64,000 bases of DNA from Yuukianura sp. NJ FZ-2021 (Eukaryota). The translations under genes and the position numbers were made by a program. How positions within the stretch are numbered: position 1 is the stretch's first letter; every line of letters starts with the position of its first letter. The notes beneath the pieces were generated by a model. That model made no database searches. It was not told where the DNA came from and worked only from the letters and a program-made list of their open reading frames with translations. Where the stretch lies: the NCBI GenBank assembly GCA_046563655.1, contig CM102287.1:5270001-5334000 (forward strand), written 5' to 3'. This document shows, in pieces, positions 37,363-50,615 of the stretch.

Positions 37363-39224
37363 ATGGATTCCTATTCACTTTCGGCAGCAAAACTTGAACT
37401 TCCGATTTTGACTGACGTTGAATTGGAATTGGACCAAAAGACCAACTGGAGAAAGTGTGACATTGACTTCGATACGATGGCGATCCAGGAAACAATGGAT
37501 CCTGGAACTTTCTCGCACAGTTGCTTCATGCCTCCAATTGTCACGTCTTCTGTCTTCAACACAACAATAGAAAGCAGACTGGAGCCACCCTCGAGAGTAA
37601 GAACATAACACCATAACTTGGATTTAATCAAAGTGAGTTGATTTAAATCATGATTTAATCTATGTGTGGTTTAGGCACTACATGTGTACACTCGCTACTC
37701 AAATCCAACACGTTCGCATCTAGAATCAGTGCTTGCCAAATTTGATGGAGCCAACTACGGTTAGAATGCTAACTGAATACTGAACATTTAAACTAACAAA
37801 TTACACTAAACTATAATTAAATTAAGGAAAAATTTTAACAACATCATTCCCAAAAACTTTAGCGGTGACATATTCATCCGGTATGGCAGCGTTGGCAGCC
37901 ATTTTCCAAGCGTGTTCAAGTGGTGATCATGTGATTTACGTTCAAGCGATTAGCGGTGACACTGATTGGCTGATAAAGCAGAAATTACCAAGTTTGGGAA
38001 TGGACTGTGATGAAGTATACTCACGTGACACGTCAGAAATTGTGTCGCACATTAATTCTCGAACAAAAGTAAGCCAACTAAAACAACATTATACAGATGC
38101 TGTCTGTACCAAATTGTCATTTTACATTTTTTGCTTTGGAATTTTGATTTTCATAGGTGATTTTGCTGGAGTGTCCAAGCAATCCAATTCTGGAAATGGC
38201 TGACATAGAAGCGCTTGCTACTGAAGCAAAACGAATCAAGCCAGACATTCTAATTGCAGTTGACAATACAATTTTGACGCCAATTTTCATGCGTCCTTTG
38301 GAACTTGGTGCAGACGTTGTTATGTACTCGTTGACAAAGTACTTTGCAGGGTACTCTGACGTTACAATGGGTTCACTTGTGTGTAACTCGGAAGTACTCT
38401 ACAAAGCTTACCTCAACTGCCAAATATGTAAGGTCAAAGGTCAACTTTGGGCCAATCTGAATGCTTGTGTTAACTTAAAAGCTAACTTTTTAATTTTTCC
38501 ATTCTAGTTTGTGGTGCAGTGCCGTCACCAATCGATTGCTACTTGATGATTCGTAGTTTAAAAACATTTCCGCTAAGAATGCGACAACATTTTAAAAGTG
38601 CCATGAAAGTAGCCCATTTTCTGGAACATCATCCTTGCATCGATAAAGTTTTCTTTCCAGGTATTTCAGTGCATTGACTATTTCAACTTTTGGTATAAAA
38701 TTATCAACACGAGTTAAATTTTTGAACAATTCTTTTAAGGATTAAAATCTCATGCTCAGCATGAGTTAGCGCGAAAGCAGCAATCCGGAAATTCTGGACT
38801 GATGTCGTTCTACATCAAAGGAGGATTGGACGAATCAGTAAAATTTATTAAAGCACTCAAATACTTTCGGCACGGAGGTTCCTTTGCGTCAGACGTCAGC
38901 ATCGTAGTTATTCCGTAAGCTATACAAATATTGATGTCGTAAAACTATAATCTAAAAACTACAACTTCATTCTAAAAAGTACAACTTGATTCTTCCTTGT
39001 TGTTGTTTGACCTTCTTTTCAAATTTCAATTTCAAAATTTTAGATCCATAACTTCCCAGCGTCAAATGTGCACCAAAAATCAAATTGATCTTGGAATAGA
39101 AGAAAATTTACTAAGGATATCCGTTGGGCTGGAAGGTGCTGAGAGACTCATTCTAGACTTGGATCAAGCTCTACGCAAAGCTGTGGTTGACCCGGCAGAA
39201 GAAATGTCGCAACTCAAAATTTGA
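37363..39224 (+). CDS. CTH: Cystathionine gamma-lyase family PLP enzyme (divergent)
   Basis: YTRYSNPTR, SSGMAA, ECPSNP, VDNT, YSLTKY (PLP lysine), LLRISVGLE. About seven exons. Confidence 0.88.
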
Positions 39225-39478
39225 CCCTAGACCATCCTTAGAGAAAATATTTTAAAAGAAAAGCTCGCTTATAACAAAAAATAACGCTTGATTAAAAAAA
39301 AAAGCTTAAAATTAAAAGAAAAAAACTATGGGACACGCTGGAAATTTTGTTTTTTTTTAACAACTTTTGTGGAGAAACCAACGTTTTGGTTTCTCCCCGA
39401 CTTTTTCAATTTCTAAACCCGGGTTTCGAAAAATCTTTCACGCTCTAAAGTCCACTCTGCGTAGGAAATTGGACAAGA

Positions 39479-39942
39479 ATGGATTTGAACAACAATGAAT
39501 TACGAGAGTTTATGCTTCGGCGGAATCTACGGCCACGACGAAATCCTCCACCGACGCCTCTTACTGACGTGGTGTCAGAGGTTATGGCTGGTTTGAACAC
39601 AACGGAACCGCTGTGGCCGTCGCTGCTCATCGCCGTCGCCCATGTCTACGCCATGTCCTTCCTGTGGCTGTTGTCCAAATTTCGGTACCTAGAATATGAA
39701 AAAACCATAATCAAGTCAGCTTGAGACATAACTTTTTTGAAAATGTTTCTTTTAGACTCATCTTATTCGGATTGGCGGTGATGTTCATCCTCTACGTCCT
39801 TCTGGATCTGATGTCCTGGCTACCTCAAACAATTTTTTGCAAGGAAGAGATTCTCCAGTACAACACCAACTTCGGCGTGTTAGTTCCGTCCACGCTGCGC
39901 AAACTGGTCAAAGACTGGGATTTGTTTCAAGAAGTCAACTGA
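39479..39942 (+). CDS. Small membrane protein, two exons, unknown function
   Basis: Two adjacent ORFs with hydrophobic segments, joined by a short intron (about 39686-39755). Confidence 0.55.
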
Positions 39943-40217
39943 ACACGATTCGAGCAAATTCACATTCACAACAAATCTTTCGCCATATTTTGAAATATCG
40001 AAGCATTTTGTTTGAAAAAAGCAGTTTCATAACGAAAATTTCATTAAAAAGCTAATTCAAAAACTTGTTATTCTTTGGTAGTAGCCAGTCTTATTCATTT
40101 CAAATTCTCTTATATTTTGTCTTAAAATTATGAAACTTCCCAAAAAAGTCATAAATAAAGGTCAGAAGGTCAATCGTGACCATTTGGCTTTGAATTAATG
40201 TTGGCGAGTGACATTCT

Positions 40218-43200
40218 TCAAGCAAAGTCTTGTTCTGGAGCTTTGTTTCTACGTGAAGGGCGCTTGCGCAGATTCGTGCTGGAATGTACTTGAGGTACCA
40301 TCGTATTTTTCTTGCTCACTCTTGACACTGAAGTGTGAACCGATTTTTGAATTGACGTATCAGAATCGTCTTCACTTGCACCACTCTCCATTGGTTCCAG
40401 TTCTTCTTCAGCGATTACCAAAAATCGAGCAGGTAGAGGAGAATTGGGCACCTAGAAATCGTAAAAAAATCGAATGATAAAAAGAAATCGAAGTTTTTGA
40501 AACAGGAATCCAACTCGAGTGTTACCGATGCAAGTTTTTTGCAAGTTCTTGGAAGTGGTCTTGGAGCTGTAAATATTTCTTTGCTCGTTGCATCTTGGAT
40601 TTTCCCTTGAAGAAGAATCACGTCACAAATGAATTCGGGAATGGCCATGTTTTCAAATTTTGGACCAATGGGAACAGCCGATTGTTCTACATGAAGTCGA
40701 ATCTTGTCCAATGTCCAGGATTGGTATTCCGGTTCAGCTGGAAGTAGTGCTGCAGCGACACGAATTCCAACTGATCTCCATAAACGTGATTCCAGCGAAT
40801 CTTCTTCGTCTTTGAACATTTTCTTGGCTTCTTTCATTGTGTTTTGCGAAATGTGGTAAATTGTAACGCGTGTTTCACAAGTGACGTTGCAAGCACATGG
40901 AAGGTCAGTCAGAATTCCAATTTCGCCAATCCCGTAACCAACTTGGACATAATCCATGTCTTCGTAAGTGAAGCTTAAGTCACCAAGCGTCTCAACATTT
41001 GGCAGTTGACCTTTGGTGACCTGGGCCTATAAAATGACAATGGAATTAAGTAAGGTTGTGCCAAAATTAGGTCGAGGTCACAAAATGACATGTCAGGGTT
41101 GCATTACCTCCAGAATGGGAATGGTGGGAAGAAAGTGAACTTTGACCATGCCTTTGATAATCAAGTAGATCCCATTAGGTGGATCTCCAACAGCACAAAT
41201 AGTGTCACCCTCCGAAAAATTCAGCATGGTGGCATTGTTCTGAAATTGTAACATTTTTCACAAAATTTCGAAAACAATTTTGCAATGTTTTGGATTTATG
41301 TATTTTGAACTTACCAATATGACTTCTGCAAGTTGTGGTGCTCCGTGAAGCCAAAGCATGCTGCCAAGTATCGCTTCTGGCGAATTGGGTTCGATTGTTG
41401 GTGGAGTTGACCAGAGTGACTTCATGTTTTTTTCAATGATGGTCATCAGACAAGCACTTTCGCTTTGGTCCAAAAGTCCATCTTCCTTCAGCTCGTTCAG
41501 AGTTTCCCGCGTCTGATTCAAAATGGCTCTGCTTGCATGGCGCGTCTTAACTGCAATGGCAATCAATGGATGCTTCTGCTGAAGCAGACCTGTGTAATTT
41601 ACAAGAAAATGATCGAGTTAGTTAGCATTTGCACTTGCTAACTTAATTTAACGTTGAACATTCAGGAATAGGCTAAAAAATTTACCGATGAGCCGAATCG
41701 TTTCCAGCCGTTCCACGCGTACAGCTCGTTCCAGCCGATTTAGCACTCTAGAATTCAAAATGTTCAATTAGCTGAGACTTTAATGACTGAGTTGTGAGTT
41801 ACTAAAATTTTGAAAATTGCCAACAAAATTTTTGAAATTTATCCAAACTCACGTCTTGTTCTCCACCATCTACAAAATAAGAGTTTTGTTTTGTATAAAC
41901 TTATGCAGTTTGTGTTAGATACGCTATACGCAATTCCTCCACTCACCTGCGGCAGAAACTTGATCACATCGTCAATGGCTGTGACAAAACCCTGAAAATT
42001 TTGAAAAAATTTCATCGAAAGTTAATTTTTATTATATTTCGAATTCTAGTGACCTGAAATTGAAAGTGTTTACCTTTCCAATGTCATAACCCAAGAAGAT
42101 GCTGTAATTGATTTTCATATCCAGAAAGCGATTACATCGTGGCATGCAGCACTGGAAAAAATTTAAAACTAGATAAATCCTTGGCCTGAATTTTTATTGA
42201 ATTTCAAAATTTTGAATTTTTTAAATAGTGTTCGGTTGTCTTACTTTGAGTAGCCGAAGTGATCGAATAATTTTGAAGAGTCGAAATGTTCTCATAATAA
42301 TTGCAATTGCCTAAACATTTCAAAAAATTAGTTTTCGTTTATACTATAAAAACTTTCAAACTTTTTCATAAACTTAAAAAAGTCATTACTATTTTTTATG
42401 TTGGTTCTTAAAATTGACGCTTACGGAAGACGCTGAATTTGTGTTGGCATCTACTAGGGAATTCACATAGGCAATTGTAAAGCAAATGTCGATAATTCCC
42501 ACAATCAAAATTAAGACGTCGATCCAGTTCCACTTGTCTTTGAAGTAACCTCGGACGCCGAAGCCAATAATCTAAAACATCATGTTATATTAGGTTAACC
42601 TAACAAAAAAGTTAAGTTAGTTAGGTTAGTTTGTTGTTGGTTTACCTTGATGATAAATTCCAGGACGTAGATTCCAGTAAAGACGCAGTTGGTTATGAGA
42701 AACCCCAACACTTTCTTCCAGTCGTCTTTGGATGGACTGTGATTGATCTCCAGTGCGAATTCCCAAATTGCTGGAATCATATTGAGCAACACAATGATTG
42801 TAACGAGTGCAGCAAACCTGAAATTATGAAAAAAGTCCAAAATTTAGAGAATTTCAGAAAAAAATCACCAAACTATTTTTCAAAATGCTCTTACCACTCT
42901 TGCGTAGCCACTTTCCAGAAAGGCTGTCTCCATTTGGCAAGCGGTTTCGGAGGTACTGTTGGTGCCATATCAAGACGGAATCGCTGAATAAAGTTTTTGC
43001 GAAACCAGTGAAAGAATCCATGCAGAATGAAGTATCGCTGAAAATCCTTGGCATGAATCATGTGCAGCGGCATGTCACCAACTCTATCGGCAACTCCTAT
43101 TAGAATTTGAACTGCCAGGGCACTTAGTACTCCTTGTTCGTATTGTCGCCAAAATGAAACCTAGGTCAAAGGTCAAAGTTTTAGCATTTACTCTTTTCAT

Positions 43201-46103
43201 TCCAAATCTTTAGCTTTGAAATTTACTTTGAGAGCCTTCAGAAGACGCTGACGAGCTTCTTCCGCCTGTTCCCGAAATTCGCTTGGACTAATTTCGGCTT
43301 GACCCTCTCCAGCCAGTTTGGCCAAATCTGAATTTGCAGCGCTTCGGGTCAAGGTCGATTCGTCTCCAGTTCCAGAAACACCGTCATCATCGTCATAGTC
43401 CTCATCAAGGTCTGGAGGGGGTTCCTGGACTGGAAGTGACAAGCGATTCCCTTCCGGAGCACCAGTTTCCTGAAAGTCCAACGTTGGCGAACTTTTGGGT
43501 GCTTTTAGCATTTTCTGTTTCACATTTTGCTAAAAACAAAAACCAAAACTTAAAATTTTGAAAAGGACGCCTCAGCTTTAAATTCAAAAACTTTCATACC
43601 TCTTTGTAAGGATCTTGAATTTTTGTGTATTTCTCGACAACTGACCAATCAGCGTCAGCTAAAAATCTGTCATGGCGGTACTGGAATACTGCGCGGCTCT
43701 AGACAAGAAAAAAACAAAAGCAAATTTTCATAAAAAGTGAAGCAAAAATTGGTTTCTGATACGTTTTTAGTACCTGTTGCGACACAATTTGTTTGACAGC
43801 GTTGTTCATATCTTGAAGCCTTCCAACTGAAACGTCTGTTAAATGCAGAGCGTCGAGCAACGCTTTCGTAGTGGTTCCATTTATACAAAGTGTTAGAAAA
43901 ACGATTCCGGCAGTATGAAACAGGAACTAAAACCCAGAAAATGAAATTTTCAAAATTCTGCTTCGAAAAAATATTCAAAATTTTGAAAATACTAAAGATC
44001 GCTTACTTTTGGACCAACTTGGTCTCCAGGCAGCTCGCACAGTTCAGTGTTGTAGTAAACTTCGAGTGACAAACAAAGACCAACGGCGCCACGCAGACCG
44101 CCCCAAACAGAAACCGCGGTTTCCCGCCATCCAATTCCGTACCCAATCCGGGTCATCCACGGCATCAGCACGAGCAACATTATCAGCCTACACATTATAA
44201 AAATTGAAATGTCTGAATCTTACCGAAATACCGTAAGATTCCGAAACTTACCGAATGATATTGAGGAGGACGTAGAGGAAGATGAGGTTGTACCAGTCTT
44301 TACCAGTGATTTGTCCAATTGCAGTTTCCGATACAATGACACCGACCATGACGAACAGAACGGTATTGGCCAAGTATCCAACCATTTCCCAGAAACGATG
44401 AACTAATTTCTCAACTTCTGGAGAAATGCTGGTACTGTCCGCTCGCAGTTTGAGTCCAACGACAACTACGGTGATGACTCCAGAAATTCCAAGTTCTTCA
44501 CCAACCCAATAAGCAAGGTAACTTGAAAATAGCGTGAAAGTAATCTCGATTACTAAAAGACAAACATAATACGACAGTTTCGTTTTAGATTTTTAGATAA
44601 ATTCGGTAAAAACGTTTTGAAAAGCACCAGCATCGTTGAAAATCCTGGACAGGAACATTGAGCATAGTTTTCCCACGATGTAACCAAACAGAGGACCACC
44701 GATGCTAATTTTAATTAGAATCAGCACCACTTCTAGAATAATCCCGGGCTGGCGCTCGACGATTTTTCGAAAAATTTCGAACATTAGAATTGCCTAAAAC
44801 CAGAAGAAAAAACAATCAAACTTAACTGAAAAATTACACTTTTTACATAGCAAAAATCGTTTTTCTAACTTACGACTCCGTCGTTGAGCAAAGATTCTCC
44901 TTCGATTAGCATGCTGAGCTTCTCCGATGTACCTAATTCGGATAACATTTGAATTTCAAATTTTGAATAGATTTTTCAGAAAATACAAATTTTTGAAATG
45001 GTTTCTCGGTAGAAGTGTTTTTTTAAGTCCTTGCTTCACCTAGCTCTTTCAAAATGGCGACGACGGCAACAGGATCCGTGGCACTAATGATAGATCCATA
45101 CATGAGGGCAATGGGGTAATCCCATTCGTATGAGGCCATGAACCCATGACAAACAAAACCGGTGAGGAAGACGCTGTTTTGAATTTGAAACAGAAAGAAA
45201 GGAATTTCAAAATTTCGAAATGAAACTTTTGAAACTTTTTGGCTTTCTTACGCAATGACCATTCCTGGCAGAGACAATACTAAAATCTAAAAAAAATGAA
45301 TTAAAAGTATTAGAAAGCAGTTGAGATTCTGAAATTTTAAAATTTGAAAAGCGAGACCTGTGACAAAGATCTCATGAAGACATGAACGTCCATGCTGTAG
45401 GCCGAATCAAAAATGAGTGCTGGAAGGAATGTGTACAGAATGACCTTGGGAGCCATTCGGGTCATCTTCGTGTACTTGCTCCAGAAGGAACAAACGTCGT
45501 CTTGAGGAATATGCGTTCCAAATCCTAAGATGATTCCGGTGAACATCAAAACCTGAAAAAATTAATCAACTTTTTGAAAATGGGATTTAAAAAAAATCGT
45601 TTTTCGATAACTATGATTTCAAGATAGCTGCGAAAGCTTTACCACTGTGTACGGTAAGCTGAGTTTGGTCATTTTCAAAACTGTCCGCACAAGGGCACCA
45701 TAAGCAATGATTAGAAATAGGCTCAGGAAGAACCAGAGCAGCTCGTCATCATGTACTGGACAGTCGTGACCTAAAATTACACAAAACGTAAATTCCTGAC
45801 CCAGTTGAAGAACTTTTTATCAAAATTATTGCAAAGATGCTGAAGAATATAGTTTCATATTTTGAATCTTGGCTGAGACGAACTCTGTTTCTTATTGGCT
45901 TCGCAGAAACCAAGCTCCGCGTGGCCACCACCATGATGGCCCGTCTTGTTCGTGTGATTCGACGCAGTGACATTGGGGCCGTGGCCAGTAGTGACGTTGT
46001 TGGTTTTATTCTGTCCCAGGGTTCCAGTTACAATGGCAGCGATTATGAAAAAGAGCACGCAAATCAACCAATGACTGGCACATGTTGCCGAAGCTTTGCC
46101 CAT
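40218..46103 (-). CDS. SLC9C1: SLC9C-type (sperm-type) Na+/H+ exchanger with voltage-sensor and cyclic-nucleotide-binding domains
   Basis: NHE motifs ATDPVAV, EGESLLNDG, WGGLRGAVGL. S4 segment MRTFRLFKIIRSLRLLK at about 42245-42296. CNBD motifs GIYLIIKG and GEIGILT. Many short introns. Confidence 0.9.
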
Positions 46104-46873
46104 TTGGGGATTTTGTTGGGGTTTTTGGAAAAGTTTCACTGTTTTTTGAACTACTCGGTCTGTTTTAAATGAATTCAAAATTACACTAAAATAAGCTGCA
46201 GCATGCTTTTCACAAAAATTCTCATTGAGATTTGGGACATGTACTTCCAAATTGTGTTCTGGAAATGTTTGTAATTGCAATCACCGATTCTCAGGTTCCA
46301 TAGAGATTTGTTCGCCTCTTTTCAATGATTTTGACCTGCCGTAAACTGGAACTTGCGAGAAAACGAAGAATTTGGAATCCCCATCATCGACCTCTTAAAA
46401 ATTTGTATGAAATTGAAAAGCAGATTTCAGTCACAATTTGTTTCAAGTTTTTAAAATTCTGATGAAAACTCGTATGTATAAGAAGTTTTTTGGCGTCGGT
46501 CTCCGTTTCCGATTTTTCTGATAATTCGTCGGACCCAGAAGCGCCAAAGTCAAATGAGCTGAAAAAACAACAACACCGAACAGATGATGGCAGAGGAAAA
46601 AATTGATTAATTTTGAATTTTAGGCTTAATTAATCGTCTCGGCAAGCCTCCAGGAGTGAAATTTGGTACGGTTGATTCGAATACTCTTGTGTTGGTCTCG
46701 ATCTTGGATTTTCAGGTAAATCTGACACAAATACGACTTACAATCTTATTGCAAATCATAACTTCCTCCATTTGAAATTTAAATTAAATTACCGAAAACC
46801 TTTGAGTCGCTGATTACGAATACGAGGCTGATGTTTAATTAAACTAATTTGTTTTGTCCACTTTAGTATCAAG

Positions 46874-48492
46874 ATGGGAGCTACCGTGTCAGCGGCAAAT
46901 GTAGGTCCTTTCATATTCCGACCACACCCGACGACCCCAGTTGCTACGGAGGATCCAACGTTTGAGCCCGACTACGGATTTGAGGGAGAACGAAAAGAAA
47001 GGGGTACGGTTTTTAACCTTAACGTTTCCATTCAAATGTAGACGTTATCCACTGGACAATGCAACCGACAAGTTTTAAATCCAGTAGTTCATTGTAATGA
47101 ATTCGCTGCTTTGTTTCTGATTTCTAGTAATGCTTGCGACGGAAGAGGCCATGAAAAGTGCGAAGATCCCACTGAAGTATCGAGACTACTGTGCTCATCT
47201 ACTCATAAACTACCAAGCATGCAAACGTGACAAGTTCCCATTTGTCTATCGATGCAAGCACGAGAAACATGAATGGGACATATGCCAATACGAAGAGTAA
47301 GTCTAAACCCTGCTGATGAAAACGTCTCTGACTTGATCTTGGCAGGCATTTACCTCTGGGTTTTTAACGTTTCCTTATTTTTTCAGTCAAATCATTCGGA
47401 TGAAGGAATATGAACGCGAGAAACGTCTCTTGGAACGTACTGTCCCTCACAAGCTATAAACGACCCTCTGGAAATGAGGAATTATGGCGGCTTGCCAAAA
47501 AAAGAGCTCCACAAAAATTAAATTTGCCGTTTTTCAATAAAGCGGCTTTCGTACGAAAGATTGTTCCAACTGCTTTCTTTTTTCAAAATTTTCAACTTTT
47601 TAAAAAATTTGAACTTTTTTTTTTCAAAATTTTGAACCTTTGTCAAAATGTTGAACTTTTTTCAAAATTTTGGTTGTTTTTTTTTCAAAATTTTGAACTT
47701 TTGTCAAAATGTTGAACTTTTTTCAAAATTTTGAAGTTTTTTTTCAAAATTTTGAACTTTTTTCAAAATTTTGAACTTTTTTCAAAAATTTGGACATTTT
47801 TCAAATTTTCGAACTTTTTCCAAAATTTTGAACTTTTCATAAAAATTTTAACTTTTCCTAAATTTTGATCATTTTTCGAAAATTTTGAAAAAAGTTCGAA
47901 ATTTTGGAAAATGTTCAAAATTTTGAAAAAAGTTCAAAATTTAGGAAAAAGTTAAAATTTTTATAAAAAGTTAAAAATTTTGGAAAAAGTTCGAAAATTT
48001 GAAAAATGTTCAAATTTTTGAAAAAAGTTAAAAATTTTGAAAAAAGCTCAAAATTTTGAAAAAACTTCAAAATTTTGAAAAAAGCTCAAAATTTTGAAAA
48101 AACTTCAAAATTTTGAAAAATGTTCAAATTTTTGAAAAAAGTTAAAAATTTTGAAAAAAGCTCAAAATTTTGAAAAAACTTCAAAATTTTGAAAAAAGTT
48201 CAAAATTTTGAAAAAAGTTCAAAATTTTGACAAAAGTTCAAAATTTTGAAAAAAAAAAAATCAAATTTTTTAAAAAAGTTGAAAATTTTGAAAAAAGAAA
48301 GAAGTTGGAACAATCTTTCGTACGAAAGCCGCTTTATTGAAAAACGGCAAATTTAATTTTTGTGGAGCTCTTTTTTTGGCAAGCCGCCATAATTCCTCAT
48401 TTCCAGAGGGTCGTTTATAGCTTGTGAGGGACAGTAAAGAAAGACTCAGGAAGAAAGCAGAGCGCGAACGTCGTTCTCTTGAAAGTTGCTAG
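46874..48492 (+). CDS. NDUFB7: NADH dehydrogenase 1 beta subcomplex subunit 7, last exon interrupted by a foldback element
   Basis: Not in the ORF track. Exons 46874-47003, 47128-47297, then from 47387. MGA start, PTFEPDYGF, RDYCAHLLI, twin CX9C, RMKEYEREKRLLER. The original tail KERLRKKAERERRSLESC* resumes at about 48436-48492. Confidence 0.93.
47440..48434. mobile_element. 995-bp foldback element/MITE with TA target duplication
   Basis: Ends CTGTCCCTCACAAGC... / ...GCTTGTGAGGGACAG. About 140-bp unique TIRs are followed by inverted arrays of ~20-22-bp CAAAATTTTGAACTTTTTT units. Flanking TA at 47438-47439 and 48435-48436. Confidence 0.95.
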
Positions 48493-49301
48493 CAGATTTA
48501 AAATTTTCTGAGTTTGTAGTTCAGTCATCCTTAGCTCATCTTTAATCGAATCAAACGTGACAACTGTAATGCTTAGTAAGATGCAAAGAGTAAATACAAG
48601 GTAAGGGCATTACTGTTCCTACCGGCTAACAAGTTTAACTCTGAGAGTCTGATAAATTAATTCAACCAATACTTTCAAAGTTATAATGATCGTGCCAGTT
48701 TGTTAAGTCTGTTTATTTAGGTTAGGAGGAGGGTTCAGCGGCTCGTCAGCTACTGATCTCCGTCCGAAAGAGATCATACTGACGAACGAGGTTGGATTTA
48801 TGGATAACAAACTGGTTATTGTGATAAGGCTGGATAGGCACCCTCATCTTTAGTAAAGCTTTGACTGTTGCAGAATGCCAAGAGAGGAGATGAGGTTCAA
48901 ATATTTTTTTCTTTACTAAAACTCTTGCCTCTATTACAGAAGAGAGGCAAAGGGAGGAAGATCATATCCTCACAAGGTGTGATAATACTTTTTATTTTAT
49001 AAGTGTGCTGCTTCTCCCAAGCTGAGAACAATGGTTTGGTCCCTGTAGCCTCTTCGCCTTTTGTAACAAAGTCATTAGGTAGTAGTTAGTAGAAGGTCGA
49101 TGTACACGTAAACAAACTGCTGAGTTTTGTACATTTCTTCAGAAAGACAGTCATAAGTTCAGTCCAGAAGGCGTTGGCCTCGTCTTTTAAAATTTTGAAA
49201 GATTTTAGATTTTGAATTCCTTGACTTTAGTATTTCCTCAATTTTTGGCTTGTGTTTCGTTTTCAACTTCAAGGAAGCCTAGCGTAAGCTTAGCTTCCAA
49301 A

Positions 49302-50137
49302 ATGGTGAACCCTTGTTGTGGTTGCATTCCGCTGCAAATTGGTGCTAAAATAGTTTCGATTGTTGATGCGGTAAGTTTGACAGTTAGTTTTTTGCAAACC
49401 TTTTTGCATTTTTGTTCTAAAATTTTGAATTTCCTCCACAGCTTGGTGCTATGTTCGGAGGCTTTACGGGATTGGTGCTGCTGCTCGGACTGCTTTTTTT
49501 CAAAACGGAGCTTGAAGATGAACTGTACAGAACAGACGCGGAAGACCAAAATTATGAATTGAAAAAATTCATGGAACAACCAAGTAAGTTTTAAAACATT
49601 CTAAAAATTTTGAATAAGTGGTAGTGGATTTTTTTCTTCAAAATTTTTAAATTCTTTTCAAAATGTTGTTCGTTTTGCAGTCGCTGTTCAATACTCCTTG
49701 CTCGGCGTCACCATTTTGATTTGCCTCCTGGAGCTAGCGATTGCCGTGACACTGTTCCAGGGAGCCAGAACTGTGAGCGGAATTTTTCAATTTCAATCAT
49801 TGCTAAAATTCAAAAAAAGTTTTCAAAATTTTGTTCAATTGAAATTTTTAAAATGAAGCTAACCGTTTTTTCTTTCATTTTGTAGCGAAACGCTTCAAAA
49901 TGTATCGTGTGGTTCCGAGTACACTGCGTCCTGTTCATAATCGGAATCATTTTTAGCGTCGTGACTATCATCATTTCACACGAACGAATTATTCTCGCTG
50001 TGTCTTGCGCTGTTGGACTACTTTATCAAGCCTATTCACTCTGGGTCGTTCGAGCGTTTATTTTGCAGCTCAATTCTCTCAAGTTCTGCAACGACGATGA
50101 AGACCAAGGCCAACCATTGCAGGAGATGCAAAAATAA
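49302..50137 (+). CDS. Small four-TM membrane protein (CCxC N-terminus, arthropod DUF4728-like)
   Basis: MVNPCCGCIPLQIGAKIVS start, four short exons, four hydrophobic segments, and YSLWVVRAF near the C-terminus. Confidence 0.72.
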
Positions 50138-50615
50138 ATCGGTCCACAGTGGTTTAAAGCTTCATCGACTTAGTTCGGAGCGTTTTTGTTGGTTATGGTG
50201 TTCGAACACAAACAAAAAGTCTTGCCAGCGTCCTTCGCCTCCTTAGAAATTATAAAAGCTTGTGAAGTCATGGTTTAAGTTGCTTCACAAGATTTCATGG
50301 ACCGTCAACTCTCAAAAGCAACGACTATAGTGATTTTGCATTAATTTTTCTATTGTTCTCGTGTTTAGCACATTGATGTAGTACTTTTTATTTTTCGTTG
50401 TAGCATTCATGAATTTTGAATTAAGAACTTAGACTAAACGAACTTCTTATGTAAGACGTTACAACTTTTTTGGAACACAACCACTTTACAAAAATTTTTG
50501 ACGTAAAAGTGGAGTCTGGTTGTGAATTGTTGTTTTTCATTTGTCGATTTTCGTTTATAGTGAGTGACAAATACAAGTTATAAATTTTTTGAAAACATTT
50601 CAAAATTAAAACAAC

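Noticed and set aside
46103..46874. Functional link between the divergent SLC9C and NDUFB7 genes
   Set aside because: Head-to-head spacing is common in compact genomes, and nothing else supports a link.
47580..48300. CRISPR array or satellite; ORF 47410-47715
   Set aside because: These are internal repeats of a TIR-bounded foldback element, and the ORF is low-complexity and out of frame with NDUFB7.
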